NCBI GenBank assembly: GCA_963700285.1
Contig: CAVOXA010000014.1
Coordinates: 96,001 to 160,000 of the forward strand
DNA length: 64,000 bases
Origin: an uncultured Chloroflexia bacterium
GTDB lineage: Bacteria; Chloroflexota; Anaerolineae; JAAYZQ01
Reading direction: 5' to 3'
The position numbers and the translations under genes were made by a program. The notes under the pieces were generated by a model. That model did no database searches. It saw only the letters and a program-made list of their open reading frames with translations, and had not been told where the DNA came from. Shown one piece after another: positions 30,218 to 40,946 of this stretch (position 1 is the stretch's first letter; every line of letters starts with the position of its first letter).

Positions 30218-31624
30218 ATGAAGGGCATCTTTGCCAGGCTACTGCTGGCAGTGACCGCGTTCTTGCTGGTCTGCACCGCCTCCGGTTGTTCCCTGCTCCC
30301 AGACCCCGGCAGAGAGGCAGCCCACTCCACGACCTCGCCGACCAAAGAGATTCAGACCTCTGCCGCCCGCCCCTCCGTCCAACCCAAGCCCTCCGACTCG
30401 ACAGCGTCCCCCGCTCCGTCGACTCGCCCGGCCACAACCCTGCAATCTAGTTCAGGCGGGACAGCATCGCCCGCCGCTGCACTGGCCGCCAGCCTCCAGG
30501 GTCTAGACATCGACCAGTTTTTCGAGGCATCGTGGCGGGGAAGCGCCACGAACCAAGCGCCAGAGCAGGTCGGATTGTGGCCGGCCAGGTCTTGGCCTGT
30601 CTCCACGCCAGAGGAGCAGGGCATGAACTCGGAGTTGCTGGCCGGCATGCTGAACGCCATCCACCAAGAAGACCGGGGCATTGACGCCGTCGTCGTCGTT
30701 CGCCACGGCCACCTGGTCCTCGATGCCACCGTCGCGCCCTTTGGTCCCGGAGAGAAGCACATCATCCACTCCTGCACAAAGAGCCTCGTCTCTGCCCTCA
30801 TCGGCATCGCCATGGACCAAGGCTACATCCAGGGCGTGGACCAGCCGGTCCTGGATCTACTGCCGGGCAGAACCGTGGCCAACCTGGATGCGCGTAAGAA
30901 GGCCATGACCCTCGAGCACCTGCTGACCATGACCACCGGTCTGGATTGCCAGGATTCATACCTGTATCGCTGGCGCGGCCTGAACGAGCTGCGGGCCAGC
31001 GACGACTGGGTCCAGCACCTGCTCGACCTGCCCATGGTCGCGGAACCGGGGACCGTCTTTGAGTACTGCAACGGCGCCTCCTTCCTCCTCTCGGCTATCA
31101 TCCAGGAGGCGACAGGCATGAGCGCCGCCGAATACGCCCGAGAGAACCTATTCGGCCCCCTGAACATCTCCGACCTTGACTGGCCGTCCAACCCGCAGGG
31201 CATCTCTATCGGCTGGGGCGAGCTATTCATGAGGCCTCACGACCTGGCCAAGATCGGGTACCTGTTTCTCCATGATGGCCAGTGGGCAGGTGAGCAACTC
31301 GTACCCGCTTCCTGGGTGGCGGCTTCGACGGCGAAACACGTTCCCGCTACACTTCAGGGGGGCTATGGCTACCAATGGTGGATCGACGACAGCGGCAGCT
31401 ACTACATGGCCCTGGGATACGCGGGACAGTTTGTGTTCGTGCTGCCAGAGTTGGACCTGGTCGTCGTGTTTGTCAGCGATCTGGACGACAAAGATTTCTA
31501 CGTCCCACAGGAGCTGTTGCACAGCTACATCCAGCCCTCGGTCCAGTCGTCCGCTCTGCTGCCGGCCAATGCCCAGGGCGTGGATCTGCTTCAGGCCCGG
31601 ATTAAGGCCCTGGCCGCGCCATGA
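30218..31624 (+). CDS. Serine hydrolase, beta-lactamase class C-like family, probable lipoprotein
   Basis: ASGC lipobox, Ser/Thr/Pro linker, SCTK (SxxK), YCN (YxN), HLLTMTTG, YGYQWW. Confidence 0.88.
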   Translation: MKGIFARLLLAVTAFLLVCTASGCSLLPDPGREAAHSTTSPTKEIQTSAARPSVQPKPSDSTASPAPSTRPATTLQSSSGGTASPAAALAASLQGLDIDQFFEASWRGSATNQAPEQVGLWPARSWPVSTPEEQGMNSELLAGMLNAIHQEDRGIDAVVVVRHGHLVLDATVAPFGPGEKHIIHSCTKSLVSALIGIAMDQGYIQGVDQPVLDLLPGRTVANLDARKKAMTLEHLLTMTTGLDCQDSYLYRWRGLNELRASDDWVQHLLDLPMVAEPGTVFEYCNGASFLLSAIIQEATGMSAAEYARENLFGPLNISDLDWPSNPQGISIGWGELFMRPHDLAKIGYLFLHDGQWAGEQLVPASWVAASTAKHVPATLQGGYGYQWWIDDSGSYYMALGYAGQFVFVLPELDLVVVFVSDLDDKDFYVPQELLHSYIQPSVQSSALLPANAQGVDLLQARIKALAAP

Positions 31625-31637
31625 AGGTTCAAGACCC

Positions 31638-33776
31638 ATGAAGGGCAACCTGCGGAGCAAGATCATTGCCTGGTCTTTCGTTCCTACAGCCATCATCTTT
31701 CTGGCAGTGGCGCTGGTCACCGTCTACGCTTACCAGCGGGTCACCGAGAACCTGGTCATCGAGCGCGACAGGGAGCTTACTCGACTGTCGGCCCAGCTCC
31801 TGGCCAACGACCTGGCCACCTACACCGATCCTCGGGCAGGCTTCGATCTACGGATCTTTGACGGGGTCGTCGTCATGGACGAGGATGGCGACATACTGGC
31901 CGCCGAGCCCCAGCAATATGACCGCTTGCGGGCAAGCTGGCTCAGAGACTTCTCCCGGGAGCGGATTCTCAGCTTGGACGAACCGGTATACTCTGATATC
32001 ATCTATGATGGTCTGCAGGGCTACAACTATATCGTGGTGGTCATGCCCACCAGGAGCGAGTTGGGCCACATCACAGGCGCAATCGCCGGGCTCTACCGCC
32101 TGGGTCGCAGCGCCGACAATGCACTGTACGCCAGCCTTGAGCAACTTCGGGTCGGCAGCAGCAAGACCGTCTACCTGGTGGACGGACGCGGCCGTGTCAT
32201 CTATCACACCAACAGGTACCATATCGGCAGGAGCTTTGGAAAACGCACGGCCGTCGAAATGGTACTCGGTGACCTGACCGGCGCCTATCGAACCCGCAAC
32301 TTGGAAGGCGAGGAGATCGTTGCCAGCTTTGCGCCCGTACCCAACACCCCCTGGGGTCTCATCATTGAGGAGAATTGGGATGCGCTGACCCGGTCCAGCC
32401 GCAGCTACGGACAGATCCTGCTCTTGCTTCTGGGCTTGGGCGTGGTAGCCCCCGCAGCCCTGGTCACCGTGGGCGTCCGGCGCATCACGCAGCCCATCTC
32501 CGACCTGATCCTGGCTGCCCAGGAGATCGCCGGCGGGCGCTACAAGCAGCGCATAGAGGCGTCCTCGGGCGATGAGCTGGAAGAACTGGCCGAGCAGTTC
32601 AACCTCATGGCCGCCCACCTCCAGGAATCCTATGCCCACCTGGAGCGCAAGGTCGCCGATCGAACCAAAGGGTTGGCCGCACTCAACACAATTGCCGCCG
32701 AGGTCAGCCAGTCGCTGGATCTGGAGCAGGTTTTGGACAAGGCTCTGGAGGAGGTCCTGCAGGTCCTGGGAATGGAGAGTGGGCGAGCGTTCCGGCTGGA
32801 GGAGGAGACGTCCGAGCTGATCTCCGTGGCCCATCGCGGACTGTCCGACGAGTTTGTGCGCAGTACGGTGAGACTGCCCCTTGAGGCGAGCCTGGCGGGG
32901 CTGGCATCCAGGCTGGGCCAGCCGGCTGTCCGCCGGGCAGCCGACTATCCGCCCGGGGAGATGAGGGATCTGGTGCGCCGGGAAAGGCTAGAGCTTTTGC
33001 TGAGCATCCCGCTCATGGTCCATGGCAAGTGTGTGGGCGCCATCAACGTTGGGACTAGGACACCGCGGTATATCGAAAAAGAAGAACTCTCGCTGCTGGC
33101 GGCCATTGGTCACCAGATTGGCGTGGCCGTGGAGAACGCGCGGCTGTACGAGCAGGCCCAGCAGTTGGCCGTCATGAAAGAACGCAACCGGCTGGCCCGC
33201 GACCTGCACGATTCTGTCACCCAGGCGCTGTACGGCATAACCCTCTACTCCGAGGCCGCGGTGCGCCAGCTACTTTCGGGCGAAGCCGGCCTCGCCGCCG
33301 GTCACCTGGTCGAGATCCAGGAGACGGCACAGGAATCCCTGCAGGAAATGCGGCTGCTCATCTTCGAGCTTAGACTGCCCTCGCTCCGCAACGAAGGCCT
33401 GGCGGCCGCTCTGGGAGCGCGCCTGGAAGCCGTGGAAGCCCGCGCTGGAATAAAAGTCGCCTTCGAGTCACAGCTCCATGGCGGATTGTCGCCGGAGATT
33501 GAAGAGGGCCTGTACCGCATTGCCCAGGAAGCGCTCAACAACACCCTCAGGCACGCCCGGGCGCAGAGACTCTGCGTGCGGCTCCATCAGAACGGTCGGA
33601 CCATTGCCCTCGAGGTGAAGGACGACGGTGTGGGCTTTGACCCGGCCCAAGCCTGGCAGCGCGGTGGCTTTGGCCTGCGGGGCATGGAAGAACGGGCGGC
33701 GAGGCTGGGTGGGGAGCTGACCGTGGAGAGTATGCCAGGCCATGGTACAACGATTGCTGTGGAGGTAGAACTGTGA
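31638..33776 (+). CDS. Sensor histidine kinase (Cache-HAMP-GAF-HisKA_3-HATPase)
   Basis: ERNRLARDLHDSVTQ, QEALNN..HA, DDGVGF, GFGLRGM; ATG 31638 inside ORF 31272..33776. Confidence 0.92.
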   Translation: MKGNLRSKIIAWSFVPTAIIFLAVALVTVYAYQRVTENLVIERDRELTRLSAQLLANDLATYTDPRAGFDLRIFDGVVVMDEDGDILAAEPQQYDRLRASWLRDFSRERILSLDEPVYSDIIYDGLQGYNYIVVVMPTRSELGHITGAIAGLYRLGRSADNALYASLEQLRVGSSKTVYLVDGRGRVIYHTNRYHIGRSFGKRTAVEMVLGDLTGAYRTRNLEGEEIVASFAPVPNTPWGLIIEENWDALTRSSRSYGQILLLLLGLGVVAPAALVTVGVRRITQPISDLILAAQEIAGGRYKQRIEASSGDELEELAEQFNLMAAHLQESYAHLERKVADRTKGLAALNTIAAEVSQSLDLEQVLDKALEEVLQVLGMESGRAFRLEEETSELISVAHRGLSDEFVRSTVRLPLEASLAGLASRLGQPAVRRAADYPPGEMRDLVRRERLELLLSIPLMVHGKCVGAINVGTRTPRYIEKEELSLLAAIGHQIGVAVENARLYEQAQQLAVMKERNRLARDLHDSVTQALYGITLYSEAAVRQLLSGEAGLAAGHLVEIQETAQESLQEMRLLIFELRLPSLRNEGLAAALGARLEAVEARAGIKVAFESQLHGGLSPEIEEGLYRIAQEALNNTLRHARAQRLCVRLHQNGRTIALEVKDDGVGFDPAQAWQRGGFGLRGMEERAARLGGELTVESMPGHGTTIAVEVEL

Positions 33777-34492
33777 GCGAACCAGAGATGAGCGCCCCCA
33801 TCACGACAGACCCAGCAGATGGCGGTACCATACGCGTTTTGATCACCGATGATCACGCCATCGTACGCAAGGGAATCCGCGCCCTGCTGGCCACGGAGCC
33901 CGGTATCGAGGTCGTGGGCGAGGCGGAAGACGGGCACGAAGCCATCACCCAGGTAATTACTACCCAGCCAGATGTCATCCTCATGGACATTGTGATGCCG
34001 GGCATGGACGGCCTGGAGGCCACGCGCCATATTCTGGAGCAGCAGCCCGGCGCGCGCATCCTGGTACTGACCAGCTTTGCCAGCGATGACAAGATTTTTC
34101 CCGCCATTCGGGCCGGGGCCCTGGGCTATCTTCTCAAAGACTCGGGGCCGGGGGAGCTGACGCTGGCCATCCGGCAGGTCTACCGCGGCGAGTCCTCACT
34201 CCATCCCTCCGTCGCTCGCAAGGTTCTGCATCAGCTCGCCTACCCACCAGATACCGCGGCCGGAACAGGAGCCCTTACCGAACGGGAGAAGGAGGTGCTC
34301 CAGCTCTTGGCGCAGGGTCACAGCAACCGCGAGATCGCTGAGGAGCTTTGCATCAGCGAGGCCACGGTACGCACTCACGTGAGCCGCATCCTGAGCAAGC
34401 TGAACCTCTGCAGCCGCACACAGGCCGCCCTCTATGCTCTGCGCGAGGGCCTGGCCACTCTGCACGATGCGGATGCCTCGCCTTCGTCCTAG
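33773..34492 (+). CDS. NarL/LuxR family response regulator
   Basis: DDHAIVR, MDIVMP, GYLLK, LTERE..HVSRILSKL. Confidence 0.95.
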   Translation: MSEPEMSAPITTDPADGGTIRVLITDDHAIVRKGIRALLATEPGIEVVGEAEDGHEAITQVITTQPDVILMDIVMPGMDGLEATRHILEQQPGARILVLTSFASDDKIFPAIRAGALGYLLKDSGPGELTLAIRQVYRGESSLHPSVARKVLHQLAYPPDTAAGTGALTEREKEVLQLLAQGHSNREIAEELCISEATVRTHVSRILSKLNLCSRTQAALYALREGLATLHDADASPSS

Positions 34493-34783
34493 TTCATCTG
34501 AGCCCGACAAAAAGGGGAGCCAGTGAGAACCAGCTTTCTTCTCGGTCACCGTACATCAATTGGTGTACGCTACGTGCAACTTTTGGTGGGCAACACAACC
34601 ACCCGGGGTGACTCTTTTTCCGTAGCCCATATCAGCCCTTTCTCCGATGACAATCTGGCAGCCCTTTGGTATACTGTGATCAGGCTTGTCGCTCCGTCCA
34701 AAAGAGCGTTCGGGGCATGCTTTCCCACGCGCGCCGGCTGAACGCTCAGCACTTATGGGTTCCTTAACGGCTCCGCGCGCAAG

Positions 34784-34813
34784 TTGACAAGTTCAAAGAA
34801 ACTGTGTTATAAT
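34784..34813 (+). promoter_or_regulatory. Consensus sigma70 promoter for the peptide ABC locus
   Basis: TTGACA-18 nt-TATAAT with extended TG. Confidence 0.75.
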
Positions 34814-34999
34814 TCAGCGTCTCGTTGTACGCTCAATAAAAAGCCAACCATTCAGAGAGGAGGTGAACAGGCGGTCCCTGGACCCAAGCCCCATCCCGGG
34901 AAGGCGGTGATGCTGTCTATCCGACCGTCCCTACGGGCTACCGCACCCGTCTATCGTTATCTGTCCACCAAGCACATCAAACTGAAGGAGGAGCTTAAA

Positions 35000-36905
35000 A
35001 TGCCGAGTCGAAACAAAAAAGTGGGCGCCAGCCTGATCGCCCTACTGATCATCGCCACATTGATCCTTGCAGCCTGTGGCCCCGCGCCGGCGCCCGAGAC
35101 CGTGATCCAGACCGTGGTGGTGGAGAAAGAAGTCGAGAAAATCGTCACCCAGGAAGTCGAAAAGATCGTCGAGAAAGTCGTCACCGAGGTGATCGAGAAA
35201 GAGGTGACCATCGTCGAGACCGTCGAGGTCGAGGCTGAGGCCCCTGCGGGCGCGCGTGGCAGTTGCGGTACCGTCACGCTGCTTTACTGGCAGGCCGTCT
35301 CCATGGTCAACGCCTATCTCTCCGGCGGAACCAAGGACATCCACGCCGGTTCGGTCGTCCTGGAATCGCTGGCCCGCTACAACGAGTCCGGCCAATTGGT
35401 GCCCTGGCTGGCCGCAGAGATCCCCACCCTGGACAACGGCGGCGTCTCCGAAGACCTGATGAGCATCACCTGGAAGCTCAAGCCAGGTATCCTCTGGTCC
35501 GACGGCACGCCATTCACCGCGGCGGACGCTGTCTTCTCTGCCGAGTACTGCCTGGACCCGGAGATGGGCTGCAACGCGCTCTCCAACTTTGCCGACGTCG
35601 AGAAGCGTTGAGGCCATGACGATCTGACCTTCAAGATCAACTTCTCCGTGCCCAAGCCGTTCCCCTACGGCCCCTGGTCTCGAGCACGTCACCCATCATC
35701 CAGAAGGCCCAGTTCGAGGACTGCATGGGTGCCAAGGCCCAGGAGTGCACCGAGCAGAACTTTTACCCCATCGGCACCGGCCCCTTCAAGGTCAAAGACT
35801 TCCGGGCCAACGACGTCGTCGTCTACGAGGTCAACGAGAACTATCCGCGACCCCAACAAGCCCTGCTTCAGTGAAGTCGTGATCAAGGGTGGCGGCGATG
35901 CCCCCTCGGCCGCTCGCGCCGTGCTGGAGACCGGCGAAGCCGACTATGCCTGGAACCTGCAGGTCGAGCCGGAGATCCTGTCGGCCATGGAAGCCGCGGG
36001 CAAGGGCAAGGTCATCGCCTCGTACGGCACCGGCGTCGAGCGCATCATGGTCAACTTTACCAATCCCGACCCGCGACTTGGGCGACAAGCGCTCCAGGTG
36101 GACCGAGGACGACCAGTTCCCGCACCCCTTCCTGACCGACCCCGCCGTGCGCAAGGCGCTGTCGATGGCCATCGACCGCAACACGCATCGCCAGCCAGCT
36201 CTACGGCTTTGCCGGCAGAGCCGACCTGCAACGTGCTGTCTGGGCCGACCATCTATGCCTCCACGGCCAACGACGCCTGCCTGACCCAGGACATCGACGG
36301 GCGCCAACGCGCTGCTGGACGAGGCCGGCTGGGTGCCGTGGCGCCGACGGCATCCGCGAGAAGGATGGCGTCCGCCTGAGCATGCTGTACCAGACCTCCA
36401 CCAACTCGGTGCGCCAGAGCACCCAGGCCCTGGTCAAGCAGTGGTGGGAGCAGATCGGCGTGGAGACCGAGCTGCGCAACATCGACTCGGCCGTCTTCTT
36501 TGGCGGCGACCCGGCCAGCCCGGACACCTACGGCAAGTTCTACGCCGACGTCGAGATGTACACCAACTCCTTTGACGGCACCGACCCCGAGCGCTATATG
36601 GCCAACTGGCTGAAAGCAGAGATCTCGGACGAGTCCAACCAGTGGCTGGGCAACAACATCCCGCGCTGGTGCGAATCCGGACTACGAGGCGCTGGTGGCC
36701 GAGTTCGCCATGACGGCCGACTTTGACAAGCGCATCGAGATCGCCAAGGCCCAGAACGACCTGCTGATGCCAGAACTATGTCATGATCCCGCTGGTGCAC
36801 CGCGGCGACGTGTCGGCCCACGCCAACAGCCTGCTGGGCGTGCGCATGAACTCCTGGGATTCCGAGCTGTGGAACATCGCTGACTGGACGCGGGCGAGCC
36901 AGTAG
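35000..36905 (+). CDS. oppA: Oligopeptide/dipeptide ABC substrate-binding lipoprotein (family 5), multiply frameshifted in this sequence
   Basis: LAAC lipobox, VEK repeat linker, WSDGTPFTA.D, GTGPFKV, VRKALSMAIDR across ORFs 34784-36883; stop TAG 36903-36905. Confidence 0.8.
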
Positions 36906-36951
36906 GCGCCTGTGACTGCAAGGGAAGCAGTTACCCCTAGCTAACCGATAG

Positions 36952-36992
36952 AAAGTGGTCTACGGCGCCCGCCAGGGCCCGTAGACCACTTT
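36952..36992 (+). terminator. Stem-loop between SBP and permease genes
   Basis: AAAGTGGTCTACGG ... CCGTAGACCACTTT, perfect 14-bp stem followed by GTTCTT. Confidence 0.7.
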
Positions 36993-37013
36993 GTTCTTCA
37001 GAATCGAGGCAGC

Positions 37014-38031
37014 ATGGGAAGATACATCGTTCGCCGCATACTGACCGCCATCCCCACCCTGTTGGTCATCAGTTTTGTCATCTTTGCCATCCTGGACCTG
37101 GCGCCCAACGATCCCACCGGCAACCTGCCCCTGACCATCCCGCCGGAGGTCCGGGCCCAGATCCGGCGAGTCGTTGGGTCTGGGCCAGCCCATGCACATC
37201 CGCTACGTGAAATGGCTGCGCCAGTTCTTTGTCAACGAGCCGCTGAACATCATCGAGCAGCTCACCGGCGTCGAGATCGGCGACTCGGCGAACCGCCTGC
37301 GCGTCAGATCGTGGGCCACCCGCAGCCCGGTCATCGATCTGATCATCGAACGCCTGCCGCAGACCCTGTGGGTCATAGGCTTGTCCTATCTCTTCTCGAT
37401 GCTAATCGCCATCCCCATTGGCGTCATTTCGGCCTACAAGCAGTACTCTGTCTTTGACCAGGCCGGGACCTTTGTGGCCATGATCGGCTTTTCGGTGCCC
37501 ACCTTTTTCACCGGCCTGCTGTGCATCATCATCTTTAGCGTCGACCTGGGCTGGTTCCCTTCGATCTATGACACCACCCTCAAAGTCACCGATTTTGACA
37601 GCTTTATCCAGCAGATCAAGCAGTTGATCATGCCCGTGACCGTGCTGGCCTTTTTCCAGGCGGCCCAGTTGAGCCGCTACACACGCTCCTCGATGCTGGA
37701 CAACCTCGAGTCGCGACTATGTGCGCACCGCCCGTTCCAAGGGGCTGGGTGAGCGGGTCGTGCTGATGCGCCACGTCCTGCGCAACAGCCTGATCCCGGT
37801 GGTGACCCTGATCGCCCTGGGCATTCCCGGCCATCTTTGGCGGAGCCATCATCACCGAGCAGATTTTTCGCGTCAACGGCCTGGGCTCACTTCTCATCAT
37901 CGCCATCCAGGGGGCCGACATCCCTCTTGTACAGACGCTGACCTTTATTTTTGCCGTCCTTATCGTGCTCGTTCAACATCGTGGCCGACGTGCTCTACGG
38001 CGTCCTGGATCCGCGGATCCGTTACGACTAA
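37014..38031 (+). CDS. oppB: Peptide ABC permease OppB/DppB (frameshifted in this sequence)
   Basis: [43 protein letters not shown] in three frames. Confidence 0.8.
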
Positions 38032-38157
38032 AAAGAGTCAGTCCTCGGAGGTCTCTGTCTGGCGTGCTCTTGCCTCAAGTTGAGGCTCCCGCCACGGCAC
38101 AGCGACCGGCGTGAGAGCAGGACCTCCGAGGTCTTGTTGAGAATACGAGGTAGTACC

Positions 38158-39084
38158 ATGACTGCCGAGACTGTCAAAGCCAAGACCGTAACCGATTTTG
38201 CACTGCGCAAGCACCGCTCGCTCTGGGGTGACGTCTGGACACAGTTCCGCAAACACAGACTGGCCATGATCGGTCTGGCTACCTTCATCCTTCTGATCCT
38301 GTTCTCATTCATCGGCCCGCTGATTTACCAAGGGGATCCAGACTATATCGATTTCAACGTGGCCCACCAGGGGCCGAGTCGCGAGCATCCCATGGGTACC
38401 GACCACCTGGGGCGCGACATGATGGCCCGGACCATGTACGGCGGCCGGATCTCTATCGCGGTGGGCATCGTGGCCATGCTCATCGCCATCGTCGTGGGCG
38501 CCGCTCTCGGCGGCCTGGCTGGCTTCTTTAACAGACTGGACGGCCCGCTCATGCGCGTCACCGACATGTTCCTGGCGCTGCCCCTGCTGCCCCTGCTATT
38601 GGTGATCATCCTTCTGTTTCGCGACACTTTGAGAGCGGCCTTTGGGCCAGAGATGGGCATATTCATCCTCATCGTGTTTGTCATCGGCATCCTCAACTGG
38701 ATGGCCACGGCCCGCGTCGTCCGCGGCCAAACGCTGTCGGTCAAGGAAGAGGAATTTGTTACGGCGGCCAATGCCGTCGGCACCCGGCAAACCCGCATCC
38801 TGAGTCGCCACGTCTTCCCCAATGTGCTGAGCCCCATCATGGTCGCCGCCACGCTGGGTGTGGCCAACGCCATCCTCACCGAATCCGCCCTCTCCTTTCT
38901 TGGCCTGGGCTTCCCCTCCGACTTTCCGACCTGGGGCCGGCTGCTGTACGACGGCAAGGACTTTTTGGTGTTGAACCCCTGGATGGTCATCTGGCCCGGC
39001 ATCTTTATCTCACTCACCGTTCTGAGCATCAATTTCCTGGGCGACGGTCTGCGCGATGCCCTGGACCCGAGGCTGAGGGACTAG
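38158..39084 (+). CDS. oppC: Peptide ABC permease OppC/DppC
   Basis: HPMGTDHLGRD, RHVFPN, ESALSFLGLG, GDGLRDALDPR. Confidence 0.92.
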   Translation: MTAETVKAKTVTDFALRKHRSLWGDVWTQFRKHRLAMIGLATFILLILFSFIGPLIYQGDPDYIDFNVAHQGPSREHPMGTDHLGRDMMARTMYGGRISIAVGIVAMLIAIVVGAALGGLAGFFNRLDGPLMRVTDMFLALPLLPLLLVIILLFRDTLRAAFGPEMGIFILIVFVIGILNWMATARVVRGQTLSVKEEEFVTAANAVGTRQTRILSRHVFPNVLSPIMVAATLGVANAILTESALSFLGLGFPSDFPTWGRLLYDGKDFLVLNPWMVIWPGIFISLTVLSINFLGDGLRDALDPRLRD

Positions 39085-39110
39085 GAAGAGCCTGCTCGCT
39101 GACATTGAAT

Positions 39111-39150
39111 AAGCCCTTCGGGCCTCAGAGCTCCGAAGGGTTTCTGTTTT
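39111..39150 (+). terminator. Intrinsic terminator after oppC
   Basis: AAGCCCTTCGG ... CCGAAGGGTTT followed by CTGTTTT. Confidence 0.7.
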
Positions 39151-39295
39151 CGCACCCGGCCAGGACTGGCAGTCCTTCTCTCTCGCTCCCGTCGGGTCCG
39201 TGACCCGGCGGTCTCGCGAAGCCGGCATGGTTCGTCTCCTGGCCTTGGGCAGTTCACCGCCAGGATCCCCTGCCAAATCACAGATAAACCCGCAC

Positions 39296-39324
39296 TTGCG
39301 AAAAAAACAGGGCTCAGGTATACT
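39296..39324 (+). promoter_or_regulatory. Sigma70-type promoter for the cytochrome operon
   Basis: TTGCGA-17 nt-TATACT. Confidence 0.6.
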
Positions 39325-39381
39325 CTGCAAGTCGTAGAATCAACCGAGTCCGGCATAAGCTGAGAGGACACGCGGGCAAAG

Positions 39382-40170
39382 ATGGCCAAGTGGTTCACAA
39401 ACCTCCAACGCAGACGGATCTGCATCCTTATCGCACTGCTGCTGGGCGCTGTGTTTGTGGCGGCGCTTCCAGGATTCAGGCTTGCGCCTCACGACCTGGG
39501 TTCACCCCGCTCCCTGGCCGCGGATGCCGAGCCCACACCCAGTCCTAACATGGGCATGGGCATGGGCATGATGTCCCCCCACGAACGCCTTTCCCGCCCG
39601 CTGATATCCAAGCCCCCGACCCAGATCGAGCTGGGGCACGCCGAGTACTGGATGTCCTGCATGGTCTGCCACGGCGACCGGGGCCAGGGTCTGACGCCAG
39701 AGTGGCGCAGCGTACTGGACCCGGCCGATCAGAACTGCTGGCAATCCCGGTGCCACGCCGCCAACCACCCGCCTGAAGGGTTCCAGATCCCGCGTGAGTC
39801 GCCGCTGGTCATGGGCACCGGGGCGCTAGCCGGCTACCGGACCGCCACGGAATTATACGAGTACCTTCGTGTGGAGATGCCCTGGTCCTTCCCCGGCCTC
39901 TTTAGTGATGAAAAATACTGGGAGCTTGCCGCCTATCTGGCCGAAACCAACAAGATCGATATCCCTCACAAACCCCTGGGTCCGGATAACGGAAAAGATG
40001 TACTCCTGGTATCGGGCCTCGTCCAGGCCGACCACCAGGGGGTAGGAACAGAGAGGGTTCTAGCTGGCGTCGTGCTCGTGCTGCTGCTGAGCACCCTGAT
40101 TCTGCAGAGATGGACCCGGCGCCCTGAGGTGAAGCAACAACATAGCAGTGAGGTGGATGGCGATAGCTGA
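39382..40170 (+). CDS. Membrane-anchored c-type cytochrome
   Basis: CMVCH plus CWQSRCH, distal MP, N- and C-terminal hydrophobic helices. Confidence 0.85.
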   Translation: MAKWFTNLQRRRICILIALLLGAVFVAALPGFRLAPHDLGSPRSLAADAEPTPSPNMGMGMGMMSPHERLSRPLISKPPTQIELGHAEYWMSCMVCHGDRGQGLTPEWRSVLDPADQNCWQSRCHAANHPPEGFQIPRESPLVMGTGALAGYRTATELYEYLRVEMPWSFPGLFSDEKYWELAAYLAETNKIDIPHKPLGPDNGKDVLLVSGLVQADHQGVGTERVLAGVVLVLLLSTLILQRWTRRPEVKQQHSSEVDGDS

Positions 40171-40918
40171 GCACGGTCGAGGAACAGGAACCGGGCAGGT
40201 GACGGGGCAAAGAATACGTACCACCTGCAGGCTCGGCGCCTTTGTCATCCTGCCGCTGGTCCTCTGGCTGCCGGTGAGCGTCTCCTTGCCCGGCTTGTTG
40301 GCGCCAACTCCGCTCCACGCCGCTCCCCCGCAGCCTCCCACGTCGAACTCAGACACGATGCCGGGCATGGGTCGCTCGACTGAGCAGAGCGGCGACCGCC
40401 TGGCCAAGCCGGTCCTGCCCGAATCGCCGACCCAGGTCGACGTGGGCCACAGTCTCTACTACTTCCACTGCATGCCCTGCCACGGCGACAGGGGCCAAGG
40501 TCTGACCGATGAATTCCGCGAGGTATGGGTTGAGGACCATCAGAACTGCTGGGGCCGTGGCTGCCACACAGGCAAGTCAGAACAAGCCGCCTTTTACATA
40601 CCAAAATCGGTTCCGCCGGTGAGCGGCGTACCGCAGGCCCTTGGGGCTTTTCAATCGCCGGAGGAGCTGTTCGCTTTTGTGCAGGGTACCCAGCCTCCCC
40701 AGCGCCCCGGGGCACTCTCTGAGAGCGAGTACTGGGCGCTGACCGCATTCCTGCTGCACGAGAATGGTCGCCTGCCCACTGGTGGCCGGGTTGGCCCAGA
40801 GGTCCGTGGCGACGCAATCGTCGCCGCTACGTTTGGGCTGGTCCTGATCCTCGTGACCATGGCCTGGACAGGCAGGCGAAGACAGGGCATGGTCGCTCAC
40901 CAGCCGGCCGCCAGATAA
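40157..40918 (+). CDS. Membrane-anchored c-type cytochrome (paralog of upstream gene)
   Basis: CMPCHGDRGQGLT and CWGRGCH; start uncertain (40148/40157). Confidence 0.82.
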   Translation: MAIAEHGRGTGTGQVTGQRIRTTCRLGAFVILPLVLWLPVSVSLPGLLAPTPLHAAPPQPPTSNSDTMPGMGRSTEQSGDRLAKPVLPESPTQVDVGHSLYYFHCMPCHGDRGQGLTDEFREVWVEDHQNCWGRGCHTGKSEQAAFYIPKSVPPVSGVPQALGAFQSPEELFAFVQGTQPPQRPGALSESEYWALTAFLLHENGRLPTGGRVGPEVRGDAIVAATFGLVLILVTMAWTGRRRQGMVAHQPAAR

Positions 40919-40946
40919 CGTAGCCAGACAAGGATAGACCTGAAGA

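Noticed and set aside
30218-31624. Possible beta-lactam resistance gene
   Set aside because: SxxK/YxN serine hydrolase family is broad (esterases, amidases); no specific AmpC features, so resistance cannot be claimed
35100-35240. VEK/VTE repeats in oppA and MGMGMGMM in the cytochrome c
   Set aside because: Ordinary low-complexity linkers of lipoproteins and exported proteins
35600-38030. Many frameshifts in oppA/oppB suggesting pseudogenes or programmed frameshifting
   Set aside because: Dense single-base indels with otherwise intact, codon-biased sequence and no slippery motif; most likely local long-read or consensus errors
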